This document shows positions 24,001 through 37,646 of a stretch of DNA of 54,023 nt, one piece after another. The stretch comes from Trichinella spiralis. Taxonomy: Eukaryota. Below the pieces are notes generated by a model that worked only from the letters and a program-made list of their open reading frames with translations, ran no database searches and had not been told where the DNA came from. Numbering within the stretch: the stretch's first letter is position 1; each line of letters opens with the position of its first letter. The stretch is from positions 1,522,624 to 1,576,646 of the forward strand of contig NW_003526941.1 of the NCBI RefSeq assembly GCF_000181795.1. The letters are read 5' to 3'. Made by a program: the position numbers and the translations under genes.

Positions 24001-26184
24001 ATCAACAAAAGAGAAGAGAAGAGCATATAAATTATCCTGCTTTGTTCCATTGTAGGCGATATAAATACAATTGCTCCGATAATTTCGAACTTTTTTTTGG
24101 CCTGTTATGCTTTGATGAATTATGCCGTTTTTGATGCTTCTTTTGCGGGCTCACCAGGCTTTCGACCAAGTTTCAAGTATTACAATCAGTGGTTGGCTTT
24201 GTTCGGCGCGTTGATCTGCATTGCAATTATGTTTGTGATCAGCTGGTGGACATCGTTGCTTACATTCGCATTTGTCGGCGCTCTTTACGTTTACCTGCAT
24301 TACAGAAAGCCAGGTGGACAGAAAGCAAAGCAATTGTTTTTTTTTTGTTTCTAATAATATTTTGTAGATGTCAACTGGGGTTCAAGTGGTCAGGCTCACT
24401 CTTACAAAAATGCACTCCATGCAGCGTTGAAATTGTCATCCACAGAAGAGCACGTGAAAAATTACAGACCGCAGATATTGGTGCTGACTGGAAATCCAAT
24501 GAACAGACCGTCGTTGGTAGATTTCGCTTCAAGCATCACCAAAGACAATTGTCTACTGTTATGCGGGCATATCATTCCTGTAGAACTTTTTTGATATTAT
24601 TAAAAATTTGGTTTTCGTTTTCTGCCCAAATAGCATCAATTAATCCCAATTTAGGTGACTTTGCAAATGAAAAGAAATACAATGGACAAGTTGGTGAAAC
24701 AGTTGTATTATTGGTTTCAAACACGACAAGTGAAATCATTTTACACGTATGTGATCAGCGATTCACTGAACGTCGGCTTGAGGATGCTTCTGCAGTGTAC
24801 GGGCATTGGCAAACTGCGACCAAATGTCGTGCTGATTGGCTTCAAGAACGATTGGCTTCATGCTTCGATTGAAGAGATTCGGGATTATTTTCTAACAATT
24901 CAGTAAAAGCTATTATTATTATTAATATTAGTATTCGTTTGTTTTATTTATTAATTTTCCATTTTCTAGTACTGTCTTTGATCAGCACTGCGGTTTGGCA
25001 ATTCTTCGCTTGAAAAAGGGTCTCGACTTATCAGAACAGATGGCCAAATGTGATGATTCTGAAAATGGCACTTCGTCTGCCAACCCGAACGCCTTGACCG
25101 TTGGTTTGCTTTCGTTGAACAGCCACGTCGAGTCAGACGAGTGTTTCGCTTTGAGGCAAGATTCTTACATGTCCAGCAAGGACGATTCGGAACGTACGGA
25201 TCGCAAAGGCGCTGACGATGATCCATTCCATTCTGGTGAAGTGTTGGATTTCTTGGCTGAAAACAGCGGTCCCGCTCAAGTCACACTGCCTCACGTGCTT
25301 GACAATATGATTCCATCGGTTTTTAAGACGACCAGAAATCGGCACATGTCCGTGGATCAACGTGCTTTGCTAGACGAGATTAATCAATTTCAGACGAAAG
25401 TAAAACGAGGAATCATCGACGTTTATTGGTTGTTCGATGACGGAGGTAGATAATAATAAAATTATCATTATATTATTATTATTATTATTATTATATTTCA
25501 AGGTTTGGGTCTGCTGGTACCGCATTTGCTTACTCAAGCTGGTTCGTTCATGCACGGCGCCAAGCTTCGAGTGTTTACTGTAGCCTCTAGCCGAAGTCAA
25601 TTGGAACGTGAGCAGCGCAGGTGAGATTTTTATTATTTTTCTCTTTTGGAAAAAATAACTTACTTTTTGTTTTTTTGCTTTTCTTTTAGCATGGCAGCGT
25701 TACTGTCGAGATTCCGCATTGATTATTCAGGTGTTATGGTGATACCAGATTTGTCAAGACAGCCATCCGAAAAATTAATCAAAGAATTCAACGAGTTCAT
25801 TATGCCTTACATGGTGGACTCGGATTCGGTAGCTGAGCATGACGAGTTGACCAAAGGTATTTTTATCCGTGACTCGGATTTTGTCGCTCAGAAGTCAAAG
25901 GTAATGGTGAAAATTGTTTTTCAATTTTGTTTCTTAATCTCAACTTATTCTAATTTGCAATTGTTACTGTTTTACAGACCTATAGGCAATTGAGAATAAA
26001 GGAGTTGCTGCAGGAACATTCAACCAATGCGCATTTGGTTGTGCTGACGTTGCCCGTACCGCGTAAAGGGGTATTGCCTGCTTGTTTGTACTTGGCTTGG
26101 CTCGACTTCGTTTCTAGAGACGTACGATGCCCGTTGTTGTTTCTGCGCGGCAATCAACAAGCTGTGCTGACTTTCTATTCATAG
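21016..26184 (+). CDS. nkcc-1: SLC12 Na-K-2Cl cotransporter (NKCC type), multi-exon
   Basis: RFQV (SPAK/OSR1 docking), KQVKF (RVxF-like), VPDINHYR and RPSLAELH as in the NKCC1 N-terminus. [77 protein letters not shown]-terminus [12 protein letters not shown]. Confidence 0.95.
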
Positions 26185-26765
26185 TTTGCAATTTTTTTCT
26201 TTTAAATTCCAATATGGCCAAAAGTTTCACGTATCTCTTTCTTTTCCCCCCTTATTTTTACATGAATAGATTTTCACAGAACGAACCTAGTCGTGGGAAA
26301 TGATTGCATTGTTTTTTTTTGTTGCTTTTTGAAGCAGATTTATTCTGACTGTTGATTAGATCATGCTAGTTGTTATTTACTAACATTGTTTTATTCTTCT
26401 TCTCGCTGTTTTGTTGTTCATTGCACTCGACAAATACCTCACAAAAATCCAACGAACTCCATTGTGAGAACAAACAGCGTTCCGGAGGTGAAATTGTTAG
26501 TAAGAGGCAAAGCAAAACAAGAAGAACGCAGTGCGTTCGTTCGTTGTTCATTATGCACACGATCAGCTAATAAAGATAACGATCAATTGTTTCGGATTCG
26601 ATATCAGGAAGCGGTGAATAGAAGGCGACCAAGGGTTCTTCTCCTTTTGCCATGACTCTGCCGTCGGTGAATGTGCTGTGCATACAATTGGAAAGGTCGT
26701 CGATCGGCGGTTTTGTTGTTGAGATCTAAAAATTTGAACCTCTCTCAAATCAACAAACCACCAAT

Positions 26766-29700
26766 CTACAAGCATTGTGTACTGGCAGCCAACTGGCTTG
26801 CTACCTCATCCGCCAGAAGAAATGGATTGTCGATCAGTGAACGGCACTCTAGCGATTTGGATTTTGTGGTCAGGTGCAAATGGTTGAACGTGGGCATCAT
26901 TGTTGGCGGTTGTGGTTGTTGTGGAAAGTCGATCACGCTTGGCCAAGAATAAAGCCAACAAGCATTGGCTCGCAATTGCACTGCCTGGTCTTCGCTATAA
27001 TTTGCAAATTTTCCTCTTTGAAACGACCATATCGTACTACCTGGGATGGGCAATTGTTAATTAACAATTTCATTACTCGACTATTTGATAAATGCAAAGA
27101 ATTTGACGCTGCGTTGGCGCCTGACTTTTCAGCTTCTCTTCCAAAATCAGCACACAATGCGCCCAAAGGTGAAAACGATTCACGCTGATTAGCCGGACGA
27201 GGCAAGCGCAGGACGGTTGACTACCTTCACAAACTGAAACCGATAATAATGTTCAACTTGGAACGTTTTATCAGCGCATTATCTATCTATCATCAAGCCA
27301 TCATCAAGAATGAACAAATTATTGATTTTACTGACTGATTTTGTGTTTAGACGCCGCTTCGAGTAGATCTTGCGGGTGTAGCACCGAGTACCAGGACAGC
27401 GTAATCATTTGGTCCACTTGCAAGCCCAACAATTGACAGCCACTGCAATGGAAACATTCTTTTTGAAAAGAAAACAATGAACAAAGGGGAATTTTTATGA
27501 AAATGTTCAAACGCAAATTTCAATGATAAATCTGAATGTGCAATCTTGATAAGCAGTAATTGTTTGGTTTCTATTATTTACATTTTATCGACACTGATAA
27601 AGCGCATGTCCATTTCGTGAATAGAATGAAAAATTTGTGGATTGCCCATCACGTTCAACGCATCAACATTAGTCGGCATTACCACTGGTGTACAAGTTAC
27701 AACGAACGATGGTTGCGTAGAAGCAACGCAGCTTGCTTGACAAATAATACGGCTACGTATCAAAATGCACTAAAAGCAGTCAACAATCAGGTAAAATTTT
27801 CAATAATATATACTACGTATATGTGTGCATGCATGTATATAGTGAACGGGTTTTATGAATTCTTTTTTCAAGAAAAAGTGTAATTTGAGATACATATCTG
27901 TTAATTTGACTGTTATTATTTGTTAAACAATCTACTTGATCTTGTGCGAAACGTTTGGTCGAGCTAGATGTATTGATACGGCACAGGACAACACGCTCGT
28001 CGTGAAACTCTTGCGCCACAGTACTTGTCAGTATTGTTTGCACGGTGCCATGATCTCGGCTATCTATCAGATCATAAACGCTGTCTCCTTGTCCGAGCAG
28101 TTCTTCCTGAAATTAAAAATAAAAGAAACAGCTTTCAGCCATTTCTACACATAGTTTTTTTCTTAAATTTTTGCTTTTCATTTTGCTTTTTTTACACATG
28201 ACTTGCCGGTCAGCTCTTGTACACTGCCAGCAAGGTAGATAACTTTTCCTCGGTGATCGAGAAGCATAAGCAAATCTGGCAACAGACCGTCGAACAAAGC
28301 ATAGCGCTGAAAAAATTCTCCTCGAAACAAGCAAACGAACAAACAAATTGATATTATTCAAAGTTATTTCATCAAATTGGCATATTCACAAATTATTAAT
28401 TAGAAGTTTTGCTGGGAATTTATCAGTAGTTAGGTGAGAAAATTATTTGTTTCCTTAAATAATAAAACAGTAGTGATGATCAAGTACATATGCACGTACA
28501 GTACGCTTATTTTCTTTTGACTTTTATTTTGGGTGATCTGTTTTCTTAATTTGAACCATCTTTACCTGTCGTTGCTCTTTGCTGTTCGAGTTGATCTGCA
28601 TGACAGGACAAGAAAAAGCTAAGGCTATAATGAAATCATAAGTTGAACAGCGAGTAAGTAGTAGGGTAACGAGGTGAGCGAGTGGACTCACTGGCGCTGG
28701 TGTAATTGTACTTTCGGATGAACACGCAGGCTAAGGACATCACCTGTAGCTGAAACAGGCGCTGACGTACGGTCGAACACACGGGAAGGTAAAGTTTCAG
28801 TTGGTCTATTTCATAATTGATCAGTGCTCTTCTCTGCTTCGATGCCCCTCGTGTAGATCTGCAATAATATTGGCTGTTGTGCTATGGATGTTTTAATGTT
28901 TCTATTTCTTTTTGGAAAATTTGAAAATCATTTGGAATGTAATAATAATGATAATTTGTGATAATTGCATGTTTGTATTCTGCTTTTCAAAAATGGGAAA
29001 GTGTAATGGCTTCATTCCGTTTTCAGTGTAAATATATTGTGAAATGAGCACTGTTTATTTTGCATTAACAAAACGGGCGAGAGATTGGAATTTTTATTCG
29101 AGATTGGGAAATGTGAAATTGATCCATGTGACATTTATATTCACACCAGACGAACTGACGAACTTATGTGACAAATAAATGAAAAGTGGGCAACGCGTTT
29201 ATGAACTTTTGCTTTGCAGTTTCAAGACGAATCAGAAAAAGCTCTTTGCTCACGTGTCAGCTGATTGACTAACTCTCTTTACCATTAGTACAAGAACCGA
29301 CGATGGCAATTCAATCGTTGCAATGTTTGCGCAAACATTGACAAGCAAACACCGGTCATCACTGGTGATCTGTAACTTCCTTGTATCCTGCAACGTTTCT
29401 CTGAAAATTCCTCATCACTAACATATTTCTTTAAACTGATAACTGATGTAAAATTGGTATAAATTTGAGATGAATGTTTTTGCACATGATATTTGCATTT
29501 TTAAAATCACGTTCGTGATTTCAATCAACGAATTAATTATAAAAGAAAACGTGATGCGATCGATGTATAATGTGAAAGGAGCTTGTTTTTGAGTACAAAA
29601 TCAGACTTGCTGAATTTGAATGAATTCTGCAATTTTGACATGTTTATATCAAGAACAAAACCTTATTTCTTGGATATTTCATTGAAATAGATTGAAATAC

Positions 29701-29828
29701 CTTATTCTTGAAATACAAATTTCAGTGGTATGACTGTATGAAAAGCATGCATGTAGTTCAAAATATTGCAAAAGCACTTACCGATTTGTGAAACTCTTCG
29801 TTTGTTGATTGGATAAACTGGAATTCAT
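26766..29828 (-). CDS. cky-1: bHLH-PAS transcription factor of the CKY-1 / Dysfusion / NPAS4 group, multi-exon; 3' end uncertain (may splice on towards ~26563)
   Basis: Exon 29828-29782 (MNSSLSNQQTKSFTNR) joins exon 28858-28692: STRGASKQRRALINYEIDQLKLYLPVCSTVRQRLFQLQVMSLACVFIRK (NPAS4/dysf-type bHLH). PAS-A LMLLDHRGKVIYLAGSVQELTG...GDSVYDLIDSRDH. PAS-B FHSIHEMDMRFISVD, SWYSVLHPQDL, then EDQAVQLRANACWLY. Confidence 0.88.
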
Positions 29829-31852
29829 TGTTTTCTAAGGCATACTGAAATTAGCTTTTGATTTTTTTCAACTGAAATCTGGTGAACGAACCATAGACTG
29901 TGTATTTGTGTAGCTACATGGAAAAGTTACACAACTAGCTGGGATCGAGAGTTTTCCAACGCTTGCTGCATCCAGCTACGGTTACTTCTACTGACTGTGT
30001 TCGATTGAGTAGTTTTACCGTTGCACAATATCAGTTAACTTGTGGCGATTCGTTTGATAATTTTGTCAAATATTTGACTACTGTGGTTGATTGAGTGACC
30101 GTTATACTCTTTGCAAGCCGCTTGGACGATTTCACAATTCCCCCTCATCTAGATTTTATTTGGACAGCTGAAACCTGTCGTGGGAACTGCAAAATTTTCA
30201 AACACTGCCATTGCATTGCAAGAACTGCATCCAAACACAAGCGTAATTTTTCAATCCGTATTATACTTTTATTTTTGATTATTTGTTTAATATTTTTCAT
30301 CAGATATGTTTCTGCTTTCGTGAAATAGGCATAGTGGACGAACGAAAATTATTTGTCTATCAGTCAGAGTGTTTGATTGTGTTCTTGTTCTCTTTTGGAA
30401 TTAATTAATAAAAGTCAGTCATTATTATGTCATCGACAGTTAGCATATTAGGAGGACAGGTTTGAACGGTGATTTTTCTTTATTTCATCAAGGCTACAAG
30501 CAACAATAGCTGAAAAGTATGCAACGGTAATAAAAAATGAAATTTTTTCCCAAAAAATGAACAATACACGAATTACAAAGTTAAGGCAAATCCAACAGGG
30601 TCCTCCCGACAGGGTGGAAAATGCAAATGCAAAGAATTGTTTGAAAAAGGAAAAAGAAACAATATGAAGATGTACTTTTCTATTTGCATATTAGAATAAG
30701 TGTTTCTATGCTGCTGTGAAATAAATAACATTGTATGCAATGAATTAATTCTGCTGGAGTGATTGGATGAAGCTAAACAGAAAAGTAATCAATTACAAAA
30801 ACTGGGTCCCGTTTTAAATGGTTTGACATGCGAATGATTTAACGCGGGAATGTATGTCAGCTTTTTTGAAAATTTCCATTGAAAAGTTCGTGATATGATT
30901 ATGTTGTCAGAGCTTTCCGACTTGTCTGAGCTTGTTTTCCTCATCTTAGATGGATGGATGTTTTTTCTTTTTATGCTTTTCTTGCAGTATAATTCAATTT
31001 TCTCAAATTGTATTTCAGTTTAAATATTGCATAAGCTCCTTGACATACTATCAGTTTGCTTTTTCTGGGAGGCAGTTTTTGTGATGCTATTTTTGATATA
31101 ATTGATAGCGACGAGAAAGTTAAGAATTGTGATTGTTTTCAAATGCGATTTGTTTCCTTGCACTTATTTCGAATGGAACTGCATTTTACTGTGCAGTTGA
31201 TGTAACTGAACTAACGGCAAATAGACTGGCTTTACATAATCAGGAAGTGAGATTCATTTTGAAGGTGGTTAGTAAAGCCAATGCATGTGTGGTGAGCGTA
31301 TTTGTGTGTTGTTTTACGTGTGTGGTAGACGCCCGAGGGGGAAGGAGACTAGGGCAAAATGGCCAAAGCTATTTTTCGAGAAATGAACAAGCAGTTTTTT
31401 AATTTTTCATGGACTGCATTTTGAGAAAGGGATAAAGTTATCATTTCAACGGATAACTAGTCCACTAGTGTTATATGCTTCGTTCTTTAGTATCAATATT
31501 ATCAAAAGATCGTTGAAGTTGTCCGAAAGTTTCTAGCACTAATTGAAAGTGTAATTATGCCATAATGCTAATTAATGCTGTGTGCAGGCAGCGTTTTGCA
31601 TTTTGGTGAATTATGCATAGTTATTAGTTTTGTTTTTGTCATGGTACAAGTTTGTAATAATGAATACGTCAAATACGAGCGTGAAGAGATGAAGATGATT
31701 TTATTGCATTTAGTTATGTTCTTACGACTTCTTTTTGCAGCTGTTTAGCTGCGAGTTTGAAATTGAAAATAAAAATAAGAATATTAAATAGTACTGTTGG
31801 TCTAATGGCATGATGGAAAAGTGGTGCCATGGCCAGTGAAATTTCGATCGCT

Positions 31853-33006
31853 TCACTGCCTCTTCGCTGCCTTGGCTTTGGCACGGTTGGTACGTGCTGG
31901 GCACGGGCAGTAGTGGGCATCCGGACCGGGTCCACCACGCGGACCTGGTGCACCCATTGGGCCCATGAAACCAGGAGGTCCTTGGAGACCAGTTTCACCC
32001 TGTGGACCTTGGTCACCACGAAGACCATCTGGTGCGTCTTTGCCTGGACGACCTTGGTCACCACGAGGACCTTGTCTGCCGACTGGACCTTTCTCGCCTT
32101 TGATTCCAACAACGCGTTCAGCATCACGACCGGGAATGCCTTTCGGTCCGGCGTTGCCACGGTTTCCTTGCGGACCTGGGGGACCCATTTCGCCAGGAGC
32201 GCCTGGCATGCCATCACAGCCTGGAGTTCCGGGACGGCCAGATGCACCAACCAAACCTTGTGGGCCTGAAGTACAAATAATAATAATAACCGAGTTGTGG
32301 GAGCGCACTGAAATTTCAATTAAAAAAATGAAAATTTACCAGCAGGACCAGGTGGACCCGGTGGACCAGCAGAGCAAGAGAAGCAGGTAGTGCAAGGACC
32401 GAGCGGTTGACGTTGGGCTTGTGCGTCTTCGGCATCTCTTCCGGGTTCTCCATCTTTTCCAGGCAAACCATCCATACCTGGTTCACCGCGGGGACCTTTT
32501 GGTCCGGGTGGTCCAGCTGGGCATTTTTTGGCTTGTTCAGGATTGCATTTGCAGACTGGCTTTTGTCTAGCAACGGTCTCGCCGAACTCGCCTCCGCCAA
32601 TAGTGATTTCAGAAGGCAATACCAGACCATCGGCTCCAGTTTCTGGATGTACCCCCTGGGCACCGGCGGGCATTCTTGGCGTCGAAAAACCGCCGAAACG
32701 ATCTTGCGAATAACTAGGTGCAGGAGGGGCACCGTAAGCCTGTCGTTTTGCTCGAGATCCGGTGAATTGCATCATCTCTTTCCACAAATCATCGCTGCTG
32801 ATCTAAAGCATTGATTCATTCAGTAAACAGGAAAGAAATGAAAACTTCTCTCTTTATACTTTGAATTCATCCATTTCCGTATCCAACTCCAAGCGAACAT
32901 TTTGCACCTCCATGTAAATCATAGGAGTCATGATCATACAGGCGAGCAAGGCAAAAGTGCCAAGTCCTGTGGCGAGCCAGCTGGCAATTTTCACGTTTGA
33001 ATCCAT
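31853..33006 (-). CDS. Nematode cuticle collagen, 3 exons
   Basis: Exons 33006-32860, 32802-32340, 32265-31853. N-terminal TM/Col_cuticle_N segment (EMDEFKISSDDLWKEMM), RAKR furin-type site, CKC...C cluster, interrupted Gly-X-Y blocks, C-terminal HYCPCPAR. Confidence 0.96.
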
Positions 33007-36000
33007 AGCTTGATAAGTGCAGTAGTAAGTAGTCAAAGGCGACTGAGAACAGTGATGGCAGGCAGTGTGCTTGGTGCCGTTTTGGAATTCGTTTAAATAT
33101 TGCGCAACGGTGGCAAAAATGGGTCTTGGTGGAGAATTTGGACCAGGTCACGGCGAAGTGATGCTGCCGACGATTGACAAGCGTTCGCAAGGATAGTTGC
33201 GTTGGTTTTTCTCACCCAATTTTCTGTGACGGCTTCTGGTGGTGAAATTAATAAACTTGGTCATCGTTTGACATAACGCGGGCAATGAGCAACGTATCTG
33301 TGCCAGAAGTGTTTGGAAAAATGGACCGTCATGGTCTTGTCAACCGCTGACCGATCCGAACATCTTGTACGCGGTTTTGGGCGGGCAAATGCTCACCATT
33401 CGAACTTTTCAGTTGGTTTTTTGCTAACAAAAATTTAACATGCTATTTTATTGAGAAACAAAAAAGAATAAAACTGAGAAAAACATTATTCTTTATTTTT
33501 CTTCAGCAGAAGGTGAAAGTGTACTTGTAGTAGTGGTAATAATAAATTCGTAATTTTTTCGTTCAGCAAACCACGAATTAAGAAAAAATTACTTTTTCAT
33601 TTTATGCAGTGTTTATGCAAATTCTATTTTAAACTATGCATCTGTCAAACTTGTTCCCTCTCGTAAGACATTCTGTAACAAATATTTTCATATTTCACTT
33701 TATTATCAATATGGCAATTTGAATACAGTGTTCCTCGTAATTTTCGGCAATTTGTCCCTTTAGTATTTTGTTTAGTCAATTTTAGAGTAATTTTCAATTT
33801 CGTGATTATGAAATTCAACAACAAACTAATACATTATAATGGTATGATAATTTTCATCTCGTTCTAAAGTGGAAGTTGTTTTGTTTGTTGTTTTCTCAGA
33901 TGCTGCTTTCTTCAATTTGCAGAACAGCTAGCGGACGGATTGTTTTTTATTGCAGCAAATCTTATATCAGATGAATCAATCAGTCGCTTATTTTATGCCT
34001 GTTATTATTAACCAAAAAAAGAACGCAATTTTTGAACTTTAGTTACTACGATATTCTGCCGTAGTGGATAAATTATGCACTTGAAATGCTCAACTGTATG
34101 ATTGCTAAATTCGACAAATTGTCAACTTCTTTTGCGATGATTGTTCAGATTTTTGTTCAGCATTTTTCAAATTCTTACGAGCTAATTTTGAAAAGCATGT
34201 TTTCCTTTGTAAATTTTGTGTAATGGCATACATTTGTTCCACAAACTATCTCTCTTGAAATATTCTTCAATTTTCACTACAATGCATTTTATTATGATAG
34301 TATTGTTTGCGATGGCAATTTATTCGTGACTTTGCAAAAAAAGCAAGAAATAGAAGGAGATTATATTTTAGTTCGATTAGATCCGCATATTATTTTGTTG
34401 AAGCGTAAGAAAGGATCTCATTTTTTGGGCATATATTATTATTTTGAAATGTGATTTTTTTGTTTGAAATAATTTTTACCAATTGTCAGAATGAGTAATT
34501 TAGCCTCACCAGGGGTATGGTAATAAATGGATAGTTCTTTTTTGTTTTGAAAAAAACTGTAATAGCATACGAGGTCGTATGAGCAAATTTGAATATTTCT
34601 CTCTTTTTTGCATTAGAAAGAGTAAGCAGCCGAGCGTTTAGCTTCTTCCTACTTGTTCTGTACACAGCAGTGGTGCGATGAGTAAGATGAAACGTCGTTG
34701 TTTTTGTGAATGTTTTTCCAATGCCAAAACGGCTACGTCATTTGACATGTTTTTCGATGCTTTTTCTCTTCTTTTACGATCAATTGAAGTTTTGTTTTTC
34801 AAATTGAATTATTCAATTACAAGTTTGGCGAAGTAATTTTACAAAAAAGAATCAATTGAATAGAGGGAATGAACAAAAAAAAATTATTTTCATTTACTGA
34901 TGTGTAATTTCAGTGAAGTTTGTTTGTCGTTGTTCTGTTTTCTTTGAAGATTGCGTGTAATTTTCGAAAAATATATTCTACAAACCATTAGAACAGATAC
35001 GAAGGTTGTTCAAAATTGTAGGCATACAAAAAGCTATTATAATTTTTGAAGGAAATTCAATGCCACAGCATTCAAATCTCATCGGATCGAACATACCGAT
35101 CTGATGATTATCACGAAGGTGAACGGTGGTGTTATATTCTATTTTTTTCTTTCTTTCTTCACAACTCTACCGTAATATATTATAATCTGCTCTGTTTCTA
35201 TTGTAAAAATTGAAAATGGGACTATTGATATTTTATTCAAGGTTACTGAATGTTCTTTTTTCTTGACTGATTATTTCAAAAATTGTGAATAATATCAGCT
35301 TGCGAAAGCGGCATGTTTTTCTTTTTCTTTCACTATTCTTTAAATGATTATTCTTTATTCAGTATTAAATTCAGTTTCACTTTTGGAAATTTCCATACAG
35401 AATTCCATTCTGCCTGTATATTCTGCGATTTATTCATCAATTTATAAATGAACTGATTATTTCAAAAGAAATTAAAGTAAAATAGCACGAATTGCATTCT
35501 GTAATAACAACGTAAAAATTGGTCTTCTTATCAGTGCTGAACTGCGGCAATTATCTGAACACGAAGATTTATTTCACGTTCCAAATTGTACGTTCATTGT
35601 TTGTTCTAATTTGTAATTGCTGAAATTTATCTGAAATATTTTTTCCTTTTGTTTTTCAATAATTTTTTTCTAAATTAAAACTGTGCTTGAAAAACATTGC
35701 AGAACAACTTAATTCCGCCGCCACATTGCTTTTCTGTACGAAGGTAATAGAGTTTTCAGTTTTGCATTATTAATAACTATTATCCCAGTTATTGTTGAAC
35801 AATTTGGACAATTTTTCTCTTTCTTCTTTTATATGTCAGAATGAAACAAGCACGTAAGCACGTATAAACTGCACTTTACCGAAAAACAAATATAAATATA
35901 AATATATATATCCATTGCATTGTTGTCGCTGGTTGTGCTGATTGAAATCTTTGAAAGTGAAAATCAAAGCTTTCTTTTATTTGAGTAGAAATTATTACGC

Positions 36001-37646
36001 ATATAAATGCTAAGTTCAAGAAAGGCCAAAATGAAACCATTGTGCGTATGTATGTGTGTGAACTTTATAAATTCAACAAAGCAATTGATCAAAACAGAAT
36101 TTTTCAGTTTACGTAGCTTTTACAAATTTTGCTTACTTTTACAAGTTCAAAAATCAAGCAACCTTTTTGCGCGTCCTGTATTTTTGTCACCTTTGAGCTG
36201 GCAAAAAATATAAAAAAAGCACAACACATAAAAAGAAAAAATAATTAATTGCTTGTTGTAATTATTGCCATCAGCATCAGTTGGAACTAGAAGAAATGGA
36301 AAAAATTGTTTCGCTCTCACTTCCTTATATTTTTTTCATTTTCTTTTTTGTGTCGAAAAATACCTCTCACAACGTTAACAACAATCCTGATTTAGCCTGA
36401 TATTATCGGTTATTTGTGTTGTGACGTTGTTAAATTTGCATTTTCAAGCAAACAACATTTTCACTACTTGTCTATTATTGCATTGGGTTGGGTTGAACTG
36501 AATAATGGAAAAACGTCACTATTGAAAATTATCCTTTCTTTTGAATTTTCTGCTTGATTGTTTGCTCTCTTTTCTCTTCACTCCTTTCGTGATGCTTTTT
36601 GTTCAATGACAATTTCTTATGGTCACTCGAATGTGGATTAAATTTTCTTTTCACCAGTACAAAATTTAACACTAGTATTTGACAATTTAGCTTTTCAATT
36701 CAGCAGTGATGATAATGGATTTCAGTGACTGGATCTCATTATTAATCACTCACTTATTACCTCACCGAAGCTAGTGTTTTTCCCCAAACTAATTATTTCA
36801 GTCATTCTGTCAGTATTTTTACTCAAAATGTGTGTGCGTAATAATTCAAATACTTTTGCGTGAATATCGTTTTATTCAAATTTGTCATTTTATTTCTATT
36901 TATTTTTAAAGAGCATATTTAAAGCATAATAGCTATTCAAATGCGAGCAGTGTTGAAAGTTGACCACGATTTCAAACTTCGTTTTGTTACAGCAAAACAT
37001 AAGTGATTGTGGCGGCAATTTTTCGAAATTGCTGACATATTGTTGATTATGATAATTCAACACTTGCGTAGGTCGTTTTTAAAGCATTTCCAACGATGAA
37101 ATAAATAACCGTTCCGCAGTTTGTCTTTTATCCATTTGGAAATTTTATCGCGCAAAATTTTTCATTTCCTTTTCAATGCTTCTTAGCTTATTTATTTATT
37201 TATTTGCTTGTCTTTTTTTTATTTATTCTTGCTGAAAAAGGAACTGTACACGAAAAGCATGAATGCGTAATTATATTTTCTTTTTTATTGCTCTTTCCTT
37301 GAAAAACCAAATAAAAATACATCAATAACAACATCAACAAAAGAAAAAAACATATATATACATATATATACGTCGTGTATAGCTTAAAATTCTCCACAGA
37401 AAATGTTCATTTTGGATACAAGAGAGATATTGACCAAAAATGCCGTAGACAAAGCAATCTGAGAATGCAGCGTGGTGTGGAAATAAGGCGAGCAAAAAAG
37501 ACGTTTACGCAAATTATGCGTTGAAAAGGAACACAACGACACTCTTGCATTGTATATATATATATACATATACATATATGTATAGCTGAATAAACTGATA
37601 AATTCAAATTAGGCGCATTTTACACATACACACATTCCAAGTTCGA

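Noticed and set aside
31714..32814. Overlapping alternative-frame and antisense ORFs
   Set aside because: By-products of Gly-X-Y codon periodicity in the collagen gene.
33500..37200. Hidden gene, miRNA or tRNA in the 3.7-kb collagen-ATG9 gap (including palindrome CATACGA-GG-TCGTATG at 34566-34581)
   Set aside because: No exon chain, tRNA A/B boxes or known miRNA recognised, and the short palindrome is within chance expectation.
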